Shown here piece by piece: positions 38,126 through 49,060 of a stretch of 64,000 nucleotides of DNA. This stretch comes from Chiloscyllium plagiosum. Its lineage: Eukaryota. Below the pieces are notes generated by a model. The model was not told the origin of the DNA. It did not search any database and saw only the letters and a program-made list of their open reading frames with translations. Numbering within the stretch: position 1 is the stretch's first letter; each line of letters opens with the position of its first letter. Both the position numbers and the translations under genes were made by a program. The DNA is taken from positions 27,207,192 through 27,271,191 of the forward strand of contig NC_057714.1 of the NCBI RefSeq assembly GCF_004010195.1. Reading direction: 5' to 3'.

Positions 38126-38924
38126 GTCAAGCCAAGGGCAGCGGCCCTCCAGTGGGGTTCAAGTTGACTCCTTCTTTGGTCGCTTCTCTATGGATCCCTG
38201 TGATGATTGTTCCTGTTCGTCAGTGGGCTCGTTGGAATCACTGCTGGCACCTTGAAAGAATTCCTGGAGTCTCATTACTCTGATAAATTCCTCCGTGTCT
38301 GCTGCAAGAACCAAGGGGTCCATTTTGGTGGTGGGGCAGATATGTTGGTGGTAAGGATACATTGGTACTCCCATTTTGTTGAGGCAGGGATCACACACAC
38401 ACAGTCCACTAACATTTTGTTGAATGGTTCCTCAAAAGCCAGCGCTGATATATGGGGCTTTGAGCGTCTGTTGTCAGTCACATTAACTTGTGTGAAGGAC
38501 AATGGGAGGGTGTTCTGATTACAATCACCGACAGCATTACCTACGGCATGATACGTTTTAGTATTCACTTGTTCAGACTGCCGGACATTCCTTTGGAATC
38601 TTGTAAAAGAGACAATACTGATTTGCTTTGTGTTTTTAACTTCCTTTTTTGTAGATTCCAGTCATTTATTTGTGTAACCCAAAAGTTTCACAATGATCTT
38701 ACCAGCTTCCAGATGTAAAATGAGGGATTAACAACTGTTATGTTAACAGGGAACTGGGACCTAAGGGAAAAGGTGCTATTAGAATCCTGCTGAAACATGT
38801 GTCTGTAAATAAGTAAATAAATGTTTATTAATTTGTCCTGGCTCAATTTCTTGTCCTCATCTGTCAAGTAAGAAGATTATGGCATGATATTTATACATCA
38901 GTGATACACTGGTTGCTGTATATC

Positions 38925-39300
38925 ATACAGTACATAAGTGGCCCTTTGGCTTGTCAAGTATGTATTGCCAAAAATACATTACTACTGACACTAATTCCAT
39001 TTTCCCACACCAGGCTCATAGCCTTGAATGTTATGACACTTTAAATGTTGTTGCAGATACTTTTTAAATGTTGGGAGGTTACCCAACACCTCAGCGACCC
39101 TCCCAGGCAGAGCATTCCGAACCCTCACCACCTTCTGGGTGAAGGAAGTTTCCCTCAAATTCTCTCTAAACCTCCTGCCTTTCACTTTTAAAGTGTACCC
39201 CCTTGTCGTTGACCTTTTGACTAAGAGGAACAACTGCTTTGGATTCACCCTGTCCATGCCTCACATAGACTTATACATCTTTATCAGGTCATTCTTTCAT
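38925..39300 (-). mobile_element. CR1/HER1-type LINE 3' fragment
   Basis: MDRVNPKQLF..TRGYTLKVKGRRFRENLRETSFTQKVVRVRNALPGRV. Confidence 0.85.
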
Positions 39301-40244
39301 CATTTAGAACAAGGAAGTAGCAACTCCCAATGTAGTCTGTTTCCTCTACTTGCCCACATCTTTGGCCACATGAGTTCCATATTCACGTCTATGCAAGGTG
39401 CACGTAGAGGAACAAGGAAGAATTTTCGGTTTCCAAATGGGGATAAAATGGAGGTACATGGGCTCAGAATTTCACATCTCTACCTAGCATGCGAGTTTAC
39501 CAACACCGTAATACTCCCCAGACCATTTTCCTAAAGACAGGTGAGGAGTAGAAATGCCCAGAAGCAGTGGGTAACCAACTAAAGTAAGGTTATGGCTAAT
39601 TAAGGCCAATTATCTGAGGCCAAATGGAAAATTCCAGACAGCCTGTGGATTTCTCAATGACATCAGGACCAGCCCAGCTGCTTCTCATCTGCCTAGCAGT
39701 GGGCAGGAGTAGTCAGTGCTTAGGGCAGGTTTTTGAGATGCTTGCCACTTAGTGGGTGCACAGCTGTAGCTTTTTAATAGTTTTAAAGGTTATTGAGAAG
39801 GGGCTTCAAGATAGAGGCACTTGTCTCTCTCCCACACTCACAAAAGAAGGCTGCAATTCCTTCCATGCTGAAAGGCCACCTACTTGGCAATCTTAATTGC
39901 ACAGTAAGCATTCCCTCTCATCACTAATTCACCAATTCTGGGAAAATTGCTACCAGATGACTGCTCTCGATGTAATGGAAAATATACATTCATTTGACAC
40001 TGATGTTGGGCTCCCTAGCCAAACACTGAGGTCCTGCTAGGCCAAGCGGTAAATCCCAGATCATGTTGGAAGTGGACATATCCAGGTCCTGACCTCACTC
40101 CTAGCCATTCTTCCATGTAGCCAAATGATACCCAAATTTGTGCTGGTTTGAAGGGTTAGTTGCTCTTTGCTTTTGAGCAAACACCCACAGCAGTAATAAA
40201 GTCAGTTTTCAAGATCACAAACACAATAGGAATATCACGCTGAA

Positions 40245-40980
40245 TGGAGTCATAGAGGCTTACAGCATAAAGAAAGACCCCTCAGCCTATCAAGTCTGTG
40301 CTGGTCAAAAACAACCACGTAACTATTGTCACCCCATCTTCCAGCACTTAACCCATAGCCTTGTATGTCTTGGCATTGTAAGTGAACATCTAAATAGTTC
40401 TTGAATGTTGTGAGGGTTTGTGCCCCAGCACCCTTATAGGCAGTGAGTTCCAGACTGCTGCCACATTCACTTTAAACCTCCTGCTCCTTACCTTAACTTT
40501 ATGTCTCTTGGTCATTGATTCCTCACCAAGGGGAATAATTTAGTCTACCCTGTCTTGTAATTTTACTCATCTCAATCGTGTCCCACTTAGTTACCTCTGC
40601 TCCAAGGAAAACAACCCCAGTCTGTCTAATCTCTCTTCATCACTAAACTCTCCAGACCAGGCAATAAATCTCCTGTGTACCCTCTTCAGTGCTATCATGT
40701 TCCTCTGACAATATGGATTCCAGAACTGTACACAATACTCTAGCTGTGGCCTAACCAACTTTTTATACAGCTCCAGCATAACTGCCCTGTCCTTAACTCT
40801 ATGTTAAGAGCAGAACTCGGCTCTGGAGAAGGGTCACTGGATCCAAAACATTAACTCTACATTCTCCCCACAAATGCTGCCAGACCTGCCGATTTTTCCA
40901 GCAATTTCCGATTTTGTTTCTTAAGCTCTATGCCTTGGCTAACATAGAAAAGTATCCCATATGCTACTTTAACCAATGAA
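40245..40980 (-). mobile_element. CR1/HER1-type LINE 3' fragment
   Basis: MLELYKKLVRPQLEYCVQFWNPY...EERLDRLGLFSLEQR. Confidence 0.9.
40804..40919 (+). mobile_element. Older PLE pLTR-derived insertion with a decayed hammerhead
   Basis: CTGGAGA-a-gggtc-actg-gatcc-AAAA-cattaactc...gctgccagacctg...tttttccagcaattt; approximate TSD cttaactctatg (40792-40803) / cttaagctctatg (40920-40932). Confidence 0.6.
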
Positions 40981-41173
40981 TTGGAGATGCTGGTGTTGGA
41001 CTGGGGTGTACAAAGTTAAAAATCACACAATACCAGGTTATAGTCCAACAGGTTTAATCGGAAGCACACTAGCTTTCGGAGCGACAATCACCTGATGAAG
41101 GAGCGTCGCTCCGAAAGCTAGTGTGCTTCCGATTAAACCTGTTGGACTATAACCTGGTGTTGTGTGATTTTTA
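40981..41173. mobile_element. PLE family B pLTR hairpin insertion with central hammerhead
   Basis: 74-bp inverted repeat with one mismatch, 41012-41085 / 41105-41178; 15-bp TSD actttaaccaatgaa at 40966-40980 and 41174-41188. Confidence 0.92.
41089..41123 (+). ncRNA. Minimal hammerhead ribozyme (family B), intact
   Basis: cac-CTGATGA-a-ggagc-gtc-gctcc-GAAA-gcta-gtg. Confidence 0.85.
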
Positions 41174-44100
41174 ACTTTAACCAATGAAGGAGGCATTGTA
41201 AGATTGCGGCAAAAGCACATCAAGGTCATCGATGCTGTTCATCTGGCACAGGCCCCTACAAACCCCAGCTCTACCTCTGCCAGCCTATGTACAGCCAAAT
41301 TGCTCCCTAAGTAGTACAGGTGTGTTGCCAACTTAACCACATTGCCCTAACTTCCGAAAATGTGATGGTTCAAAGGTGCTAGTGGTGTCCAGGCAGATAT
41401 TCCAACGTTAACAATTCTAATGGAAGTGCACAAGGCATACAGATATATGGGTCCTTTACTCTTTCCTACCATTCGTGAGCTGAAGAAAGTAGGGACCCCA
41501 ATGATCCCTGACATGAGTTCCTAATTATAACTGGGTTGTCAGGTGCTTCCCCACAGGAAGGGAGGAGGAATGAGTCAATAAATCCCCTCCGGCTTTCCAG
41601 TAGGTTCCAGTTATATAGTAACTAATAAAGTGACATCAACAGAGGCCCATCATGGATTAGCTGATTACTTTGCATCCAGAGAAGCAAGAACCTAAAAGGG
41701 AGATTCAAGTAAACAGAGTTAAGTTCTGAATCAGCAAGAAGCTGATGTGACATTTCTAGTATTTTCAAAAACAACTTTCAAGTTTGACTTTTGCCTAAGC
41801 TATAAATAAATGGAATGTATTTTGAATGCACCACTGTTGATTTTCAATTTCCTATTCAGCGGGAAATGCAGTATCATTCATAATGCTCAGATCTCAGTAT
41901 GCTGCTCAAGGTTAAATCAGATTGTCTCAAGGGAATTATATCAGCTCCTTTTTCTGCTTTAAGCAACATTCATGACATTCTGTAATCATCTCAGTGTCAC
42001 ATTAAAATTCATTGAGATGATGATGAAAGAATTATTTAGAGAGGCAAATTGTCTCAAGACTGTGAGCTTGCAACTGGATCTTTGATTTCTTGTCTGCTTC
42101 AAGTGTAATTATTCAACATATCAACATGTAAAGTTATACATGTCACTAGAAACCAGAATTTTATTATTAGGCTTTTATATAAAAAATACATTTTGTGGTT
42201 GACAGATGAAACAACTCATCAAAAAATTGAAATGTACGCTAAAATCAACATTGCTTCTAAAAGCAAAGGAGATCAAAATGTGACTGCTTACCCAGTACTT
42301 TGTAAAGATACTTATAATTCCTGATGCCCTGGAACAACTTTAGTACGTTGCAGAAATATAGGAAGAATTTATGTTAGCTTTGATTGAAAAAGGAAAGTCA
42401 GATGATTTAATCCAACTGATTTTTTAAATATGAAACTTATATAAGGTAGTTTGTGATGTTGCAAGTGTATTGTATTACATTTTCTTAATTAGGTTATATA
42501 TGGTTAGTAGGAAATTTCATTAGCAAGAGTAGAGAGATGGCATTTTAAAAATGCCTCTGTAGGTTTGTGGAATTAATGGGATCAGTATTTCTATAATTAC
42601 TGTGTTAACTTTTTCACCCATGAATTTAATCATCCAATATCCAAAACTATTTCTATGACCTTGGGACAAGTATAGTTGACCATGGCTTACTACATTTTCC
42701 GTGCATGTTCAACAATAATGAACTTTATTTCAGTGTCCCATAGATATGATATCTTTACCTTCTTGATGAAAGGAGTAAAATATCCTAACTAACATGTCTG
42801 ATAAAAATTGTAGTTACTATAAATATCTCGTAATCTGGTCTTAAATGTCTGATGATGAGGTCTGATTCTCTCCACATAAAAAAAGGCACTAGATAGATTT
42901 ACATGGGTTCGCTGTTGAAACAAAACCCATAATCACATTGTCTAAAAATGTCTAAAAAGGAAAAGTACTTGATGGCTTTCTTGATGAATTGACTTGTTTT
43001 TAAATTTAGCTGGCTCCTTGAATGAAAAAAAACTAAATGCAAAAAACATATGTTTCAAAGTATCTCAATAAAGTTCCACAACTATCAACTAAGAAGTGCC
43101 ACATATTTCTGGAGTTAATTTTAATAATGGTAACAAACAGCTTTGCAAGTTGATATACTATTTGTAAAAGCTTGCACTTACATATTAATATAGCACATGT
43201 TTGCTACTTTCAACCAATGAATTCATTCTGAGTCTGGGGAATTAAAACAGGAAAATAAGGTGACAGCAGATGAATTGAACAGGTAGTTTGTACCATTTCG
43301 TTAGAGAATACTCATAACATTCCAGAAGTAGCTGATAACCAGGAACTGGAAAAAAGGGAGAAACACAAGAAAATTACAATTTCCAGAGTTGCAATTAGTT
43401 TCACCAGTCCACAAGTCACAATTTAAAATTAAAATGCTTTATTTCCAGTTGCCAAGATGACCAAGTGATATGTACCTGCATCAGGATTTACACAAAAATA
43501 TCTGTTAATCAGGTTTCTTAATAGACATGCATTATAAGAAAACAATATTTAATAATGATGCAATAATTAGTTAACATACACAGTCAGTAATGTGGCCCAC
43601 ACATATTCACTAAATAAATATGCAAACATTCTTCAACAAAAGAGAAAAAAACAGATCTCTCCACAAAAATTGACTTTCTGAAACAAAAGAATACTATACT
43701 AGAATGTAAAAGGATAAATCCTAGGATGTTGTAGATTCTATTACTCTGATGTTCTGACATGCGTGGTCAAGTCACTAATCATGCTTGATTGTCTCTGAAG
43801 TCTTGCAAATTGAGATTTGCAGAATTGAGAAATACAATCTTGAGATATTCCTTCAACCACACTTTCAAAAAGCATCCTGTGTTTCACTGAACTGATGTAG
43901 AAGGTTTTCCTTTCAGAAATGGGAGAGGTCAGCTGAGCAGGCTTTTCATAGCTAGCTTATTTCCAATTCAGCTTGCTTCCCTGACCAAAATCAGATAAAT
44001 TAAGAATCACTCCAAGCCAATCACTGCTTAAAAAAAAAGCTTCCAGCATCATCAGCAAAGTGAACAGTTACCAACAGTCATGTGATTTCTAGGAAGTCTT

Positions 44101-45479
44101 GTTAAAATAAATCTCCAAAGTCCACAGTGAACTTTCAATGACTACTTTTAAAAAGCTATTGCAGGTATGCCCACAAACCCTTTCCCGCAATCAATCAAAA
44201 TATTTGTCTTCCAAATAATATTAAGATAAACCATCCTTGCCACACCAACACTTGAAAAAACAAAATGATTTTTTAAATATATTTCAATATAAATTGTGGA
44301 CAAAATAAATATGTTGAAAAAGATTATGGCACATCCACACTCCTCTTTCCCTCTTTATTGAACAACAAAATCTTTTTTGTGCTTAAACAATTCAAACAAT
44401 GTTACATTCTTTCAAAGCATCAATGCTTAAATTATCTTTGCCCTGAAATGTGAACAATCTTTAAAGTAAGGTTGTGACAGCAAATCTTATTGATGCAGTC
44501 TGTCATTTTGGTTTTTAAACCTTTCCATCAACGTGAAAGGAATATGATCATTATATACAACTGTCTCTTTGTGACCAGGATAGAAATTTGATTTTATTGA
44601 ATCAGGGAACGTGGGCTTCTTTGGCTGCTCTTTATTGCCCTTCTCAAATTGCCCTTGAGATGGTGGTGATGACATTCCATTTTGAACTGCTGCAGGGATG
44701 TATGCTCACAATACTGTTAGGGTGGGGGTTTCAGGATTTTGACCCTGTAACATTGAAGGAATGACAAGCCATGATGATTAGTGTTTGGAGAGGAACTTGC
44801 GGTTGTAGCATTCCCACGCATGTTCTTCCCTTATCCTTCTAGATGGCAGTGGTTGTGGATTTGGAAGGTGCTGTCTAAGGAGCTGTGCTGAACTTCTGTA
44901 CTGTATCTTGTAGATGGTATACACTGTAGCTAATGTGCATCAGTGGTGAAGGGAGTGGATGTTTGTGGATTTACGTTGTTGTACTAGATGGTGTCAATCG
45001 TTTTGAGTATTGTTTGAGCTGCACTCATCCAACCAAGTGGGGAGTATTCCATCATACTCCACATCTGATTTGTCTCCCTGTAGACAAGCTCTGGGGAGTG
45101 AGAAAGAAAGTTACTTGCTGCAGGATTTCTAGCCTCTAACATGTTCCTTTAGCTTCTATGTTTACATGGTAAGTCCAGTTCAGTTTCTGATAAGTGGTAA
45201 TCTTTAGGATGTGAATTTTTGGACATTCATTAAAGGTAAAGTCATTAAAAGTTCAGTGGTAATGGTTAGATTCTCTCGTGTTGGAGATGATCATTACCTG
45301 GTGTAACTTGCCACTTGTCAACCTGGACGTTAATAAATATGTTTCATTATCTGATGAATCTTGGAAGATGCTGAACATTGTGCAATATCAGTGAAAATCT
45401 CACTTTTGCCCTATGATGGAGGGAAGGTCATTGATGATGTGGCTAAAGATGAGCCTAGGACTCTACTCTGAGGAGCTTC

Positions 45480-45597
45480 CAGGTAAAAACAATAACTGCA
45501 GATGCTGGAAACCAGATTCTGGATTAGTGGTGCTGGAAGAGCACAGCAGTTCAGGCAGCCTGAACTGCTGTGCTCTTCCAGCACTACTAATCCAGAA
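45480..45597. mobile_element. PLE pLTR-related hairpin insertion lacking the ribozyme
   Basis: 44-bp inverted repeat with one mismatch, 45513-45556 / 45558-45601, 1-nt loop; 13-bp TSD tctgaggagcttc at 45467-45479 and 45598-45610; resembles family A (ctgcagatgctgga...agcacagcag.tcaggcagc). Confidence 0.85.
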
Positions 45598-45875
45598 TCT
45601 GAGGAGCTTCTCCAGAGATACGTTCAAGCTGAGATGACTGACCTGCAACCATCATCCACTGTGTTGGGTATGACTCCAACCAAGGGATCGATTTCCCGAT
45701 TCCTATTAAATCTAACTTTGCTACGACCCCTTGATATCACACCCAGTCAAATGCAGCCTTCATATGAAGGATGGTCACCTTCACCTTGCCTCTGGAATCC
45801 AGCTCTTTTATTCAAGTTTTAATTAAAGATGTAATAATATCAGGAACTGAGTGGCATTGATGAAACCCAAAGTGT

Positions 45876-46270
45876 AGATCATAGAGTCATAGAGATATAC
45901 AGCACAGAAACAGACCCTTCGGTCCAACTTGTCCATGCTGATCAGATATCAATACCAAACCTCGTCCCATTTGCCAGCACTTGGCCAATATCCTTCCTAT
46001 TCATATACCCATCCAAATGCCACTTAAATGTTGTAATTGTACCAGCCTCCACCACTTCCTCTGGCATCTCATTCCATATACTCATCACCCTTTGCGTGAA
46101 AAGTTACCCCTTAGGTTCCTTTTAAATCTTTCCCCTCTCACCTTAAACCTATGCCGTCTCGTTCGGGAATCCCACAACTCAGGGAAAAGACCTTGAATAT
46201 TTAACGTATCCATGCCCCTCATGATTTTATAAACCTCGATAAGGTCACCTCTCAGCCTCCGATGCTCCAG
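45876..46270 (-). mobile_element. CR1/HER1-type LINE 3' end
   Basis: LEHRRLRGDLIEVYKIMRGMD...RTRRHRFKVRGERFKRNLRGNFS; tail ctctatgactctatgatcta. Confidence 0.9.
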
Positions 46271-47159
46271 CAGGTTATTACTGAGCAAATGTTGCTTGAT
46301 AGCATTTTTGGTGATCCCTTCCATCAATGTACTAATGATTATGAGTAAATTGATGGGGCAGTAATTGGCCAGCTTTGATTTGTGTTGCTTTTTGTGCACA
46401 TGATATACCTTGGTCTATTATCCACATTGTTGGATAGAATCTAGTGATGTAGCTTCAAACTTCAAAGTAATTAAGAGTCAGGAGCAATTTTAGAGTTTGT
46501 TTTAATCATCATAGTGTATGTCCTTTGGTATTGCTTTAGTTTTCTGGAAAGATATCCCACTGGCTTTTCTATTCTCATCCCATCTTCTTGTAACAAAACG
46601 GCATCCACTCTGGAACCATATGTGCCAATTGCTACCTTCAAGTGATTAGTGTAATGTTTAAAAAGTATCCACCACTGGTTCAATAATCAAAATTTCTTTT
46701 AACTCCTCAAAAGCTGCCTGGTGCACGTCTGACCACATTACCTTGATTTTATTTTTGGGATAATCCATTGGTGGAGCAGCTACAGTTGTGAAATTTAGTA
46801 CAAATTTGTGATAAAATAGCTCATCATCAAAAACCTCATTATTTCCAATTTGGTTTTAGGGGCAGAGAACTCCACTAGTACTTTTGCTTTTGTTTTACTT
46901 AGCAGGGCTTGTCCTTACTCTATCACATGCCCTTGGCAGATTATTTGAAGATTTTCAAATTTGCAACTAGCAAGGTTTATCATCAAATCAGTCTATTATA
47001 ATTTCCTAAATAAAGCTTCCAGTTATTCCAAGTGGTCCTCCCAAGTGTCATTGAATATCAGTACATACCAAAATAAACCAATAAGATTTATAAGGAACAC
47101 TGAGTATCATTTGATTCATCAGTCCCTGGAAAGTTGCTGGTTCATTTTTTTTTACATCT

Positions 47160-47630
47160 GAGTTGAAGTTTGATTTATTGTTGGCACATGTAATGAGATA
47201 CAGTGAAAAGTGCTGTTTTGTGTGCTCACAGACAGATCATACCACAGAAAGTGCATCAGGGTGGCAGAATAGAGTGTGGAATATAATGTTACAGTCAGAG
47301 GGAAGGTGCAGAGAGAGAGAGCTCAGAATTAATGTTTGAGGGGTCTATTCAAAACTCTGATAACAGCAGGGAAGAAGCTGTCCTTGAATCTGTTTGTTCA
47401 CGTATCCAAACTTTTATATCTTCTGCCTGATGGATGAGGGTGGAACAGAGTATAACCAGGGTGGGAGGGGTTTTTGATTATGTTGACTGCTTTCCTGAGA
47501 CAATGGGAATGTAGAGGGAGTCAATGGATGGAAGGATGGACTGGGCTGTGTCCACGACTCGTGTGATCTTGGGAAGAGCAGTTGCCAAACCCATGCTGTG
47601 ATGCATCCAGAGAGGTTGCATTCGATGGTG
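47160..47630 (-). mobile_element. Rex1-type LINE 3' fragment
   Basis: Related to 16250-16950 in reverse (gggaagaagctgtccttgaatctg...gggtgggagggg). Confidence 0.75.
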
Positions 47631-47894
47631 TTCTTTTAGTTTGAAAAGTATTACACAGCTTTGGAAAAGATCAGCTGGTGTTACATTTTTTACAAATCAT
47701 TAGTTCTGGCTGCTGAAGTAAATTGCCATTATGCCTTTACCAAATCTACTAAGGCAAATATTCTGACTCTGCCAACACTATCAGCATATTTTCCCACTGG
47801 AGAGATTAGGTAGGAATCCACTTTTGCTGTTGCACTTATCTTTCTGTTATCAGTGTAGAATCTGGTTGAACCATCAGGCTTAAGCTTGACACTC

Positions 47895-48078
47895 ATTAGA
47901 GCCAAAGAGTCCGACAGCACGGAGACACGCCCTTTGGCCCAAACCAGTCTATGCCGTCCAAAACGTCCATCCACGCTAACTCCATTTTCCTGCACTTGGC
48001 CCATATCCTTCTAAACCTTTCCTATCCATGTATTTGTCCAAATGTGTTGTTAACGTACTTGCCTCAATAGAATCATAG
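47895..48078 (-). mobile_element. CR1/HER1-type 3' tail fragment
   Basis: ccattttcctgcacttggcccatatccttctaaacctttcctatccatgt, as in other CR1 tails here. Confidence 0.75.
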
Positions 48079-48474
48079 AGTAATTATTGGGGACTTCCAG
48101 CAGCTTTGATTGTGTACAATTCGATGATTTTTCCAAAATGCTTTGGATTTTTGTTTTTACCTGGGCCTATTTCTCTGGACCTTCTCTGAGGAGGATGATG
48201 TTTTGTTGGAGAGAATTTTCCCAAATCCACATCAGGTATGGCTAAAAGTGTACACTATTGTTTGTTCCAACAACATCTTTAAATTTGGTGAATAACCTTG
48301 TCAATTCTTGTCATTCTTTTATATCTAACAATGAAATTACAGTATTGAACCTCCCTATCTTTCAGTGTCAGTAGGTGGTTTGGATTTGAATTCTCTCTTC
48401 ACCACTATTCCTTTCACCCTCCACTGCCCTTATTATCTGTCACACCTGCACTTTCTTTACTGCTCTAGATGATG

Positions 48475-48687
48475 TCTTTGAGGAGAAAGTGAGGTCTGCA
48501 GATGCTGGAGATCAGAGCTGAAAATGTGTTGCTGGAAAAGCGCAGCAGGTCAGGCAGCATCCAGGGAACAGGAGAATCGACGTTTCGGGCATAAGCCCTT
48601 CCTGAAGAAGGGCTTATGCCCGAAACGTTGATTCTTCTGTTCCCTGGATGCTGCCTGACCTGCTGCGTTTTTCCAGCAACACATTTT
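48475..48687. mobile_element. PLE family A pLTR hairpin insertion with central hammerhead
   Basis: About 88-bp inverted repeat with a few mismatches, 48514-48601 / 48607-48694; 15-bp TSD ctgctctagatgatg at 48460-48474 and 48688-48702. Confidence 0.92.
48598..48633 (+). ncRNA. Hammerhead motif (family A), core intact, weak stem I, GUU site
   Basis: cttc-CTGAAGA-a-gggc-ttat-gccc-GAAA-cgtt-gatt. Confidence 0.7.
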
Positions 48688-48900
48688 CTGCTCTAGATGA
48701 TGGTAATGCTTCAACGTCTCAATGTGCCACTGCCAATTCTTTTCCTGACAGTCTGGGATATTAATAAAATAATTTACTTTACCAATTATTTTGATTTGAC
48801 TTGATTTGATTTATTATTGTCACATGCACCTAGGTACAGTAAAAAGTTTTCTTTTGCATTCAATGCAGGCTGATCATACCATACAAAGTGCATTAGGGTA

Positions 48901-49060
48901 ATAGTCCAACAGGTTTAATTGGAAGCACTAGCTTTCAGAGTGCTGCTCCTTCATCAGGTCTCCACAACCACCTTCCAATTAAACCTGTTGGACTATAACC
49001 TGGTGTTGTGTGATTTTTAACTTTGTACACCCCAGTCCAACACTGGCATCTCCACATCAT
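48901..49060. mobile_element. PLE family B pLTR hairpin insertion with decayed hammerhead
   Basis: Perfect 25-bp inverted repeat 48901-48925 / 48972-48996; minus-strand CTGATGA-a-ggagc-agc-actct-GAAA-gcta-gtg at 48926-48957; no clear long TSD. Confidence 0.85.

Larger units (their letters stand above)
34980..38339 (-). mobile_element. Penelope-like element (family B), near full-length, degenerate, with RT, GIY-YIG, AC-rich 3' region and pLTR
   Basis: CPTTKMDP..LAADTEEFIR.MRLQEFF; IVIKPADKGG; LPKIHK..PGHPIVS; GTAMG; RYIDD; FLD; KPTD..TMLHFSSFHP; IPYGQALRIHRICS; CKTC; NVVYLICC...YIGET; terminal repeat 34980-35100. Confidence 0.95.
34330..38760 (-). mobile_element. Gmr1-like Gypsy integrase remnant, split by a Penelope insertion (34980-38339)
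   Basis: AFEEPFNKMLVDCV... (about 38400-38450) continues as MVTHFPETGSLRTMSAKAMVKELTSFFTQHGLPTEIQSDQG...PQSLGDLE...VQGAVKLLEEKFL (34934-34500). Confidence 0.75.
44595..46440 (-). mobile_element. Degenerate CR1/L2-type LINE (RT to 3' tail) with nested insertions
   Basis: SKLANYCPINLLIIISTLMEGITKNAIKQHLLSNNLL (RT domain 1-2); 3' tail gggcaatttgagaagggcaataaa...cccacgttccctgattca. Confidence 0.75.

Noticed and set aside
43380-44330. Possible solo LTRs here and near 9830-10620, 24100-25020, 30060-30990 and 59725-60510
   Set aside because: Composition is suggestive, but I could not fix termini or TSDs by eye.
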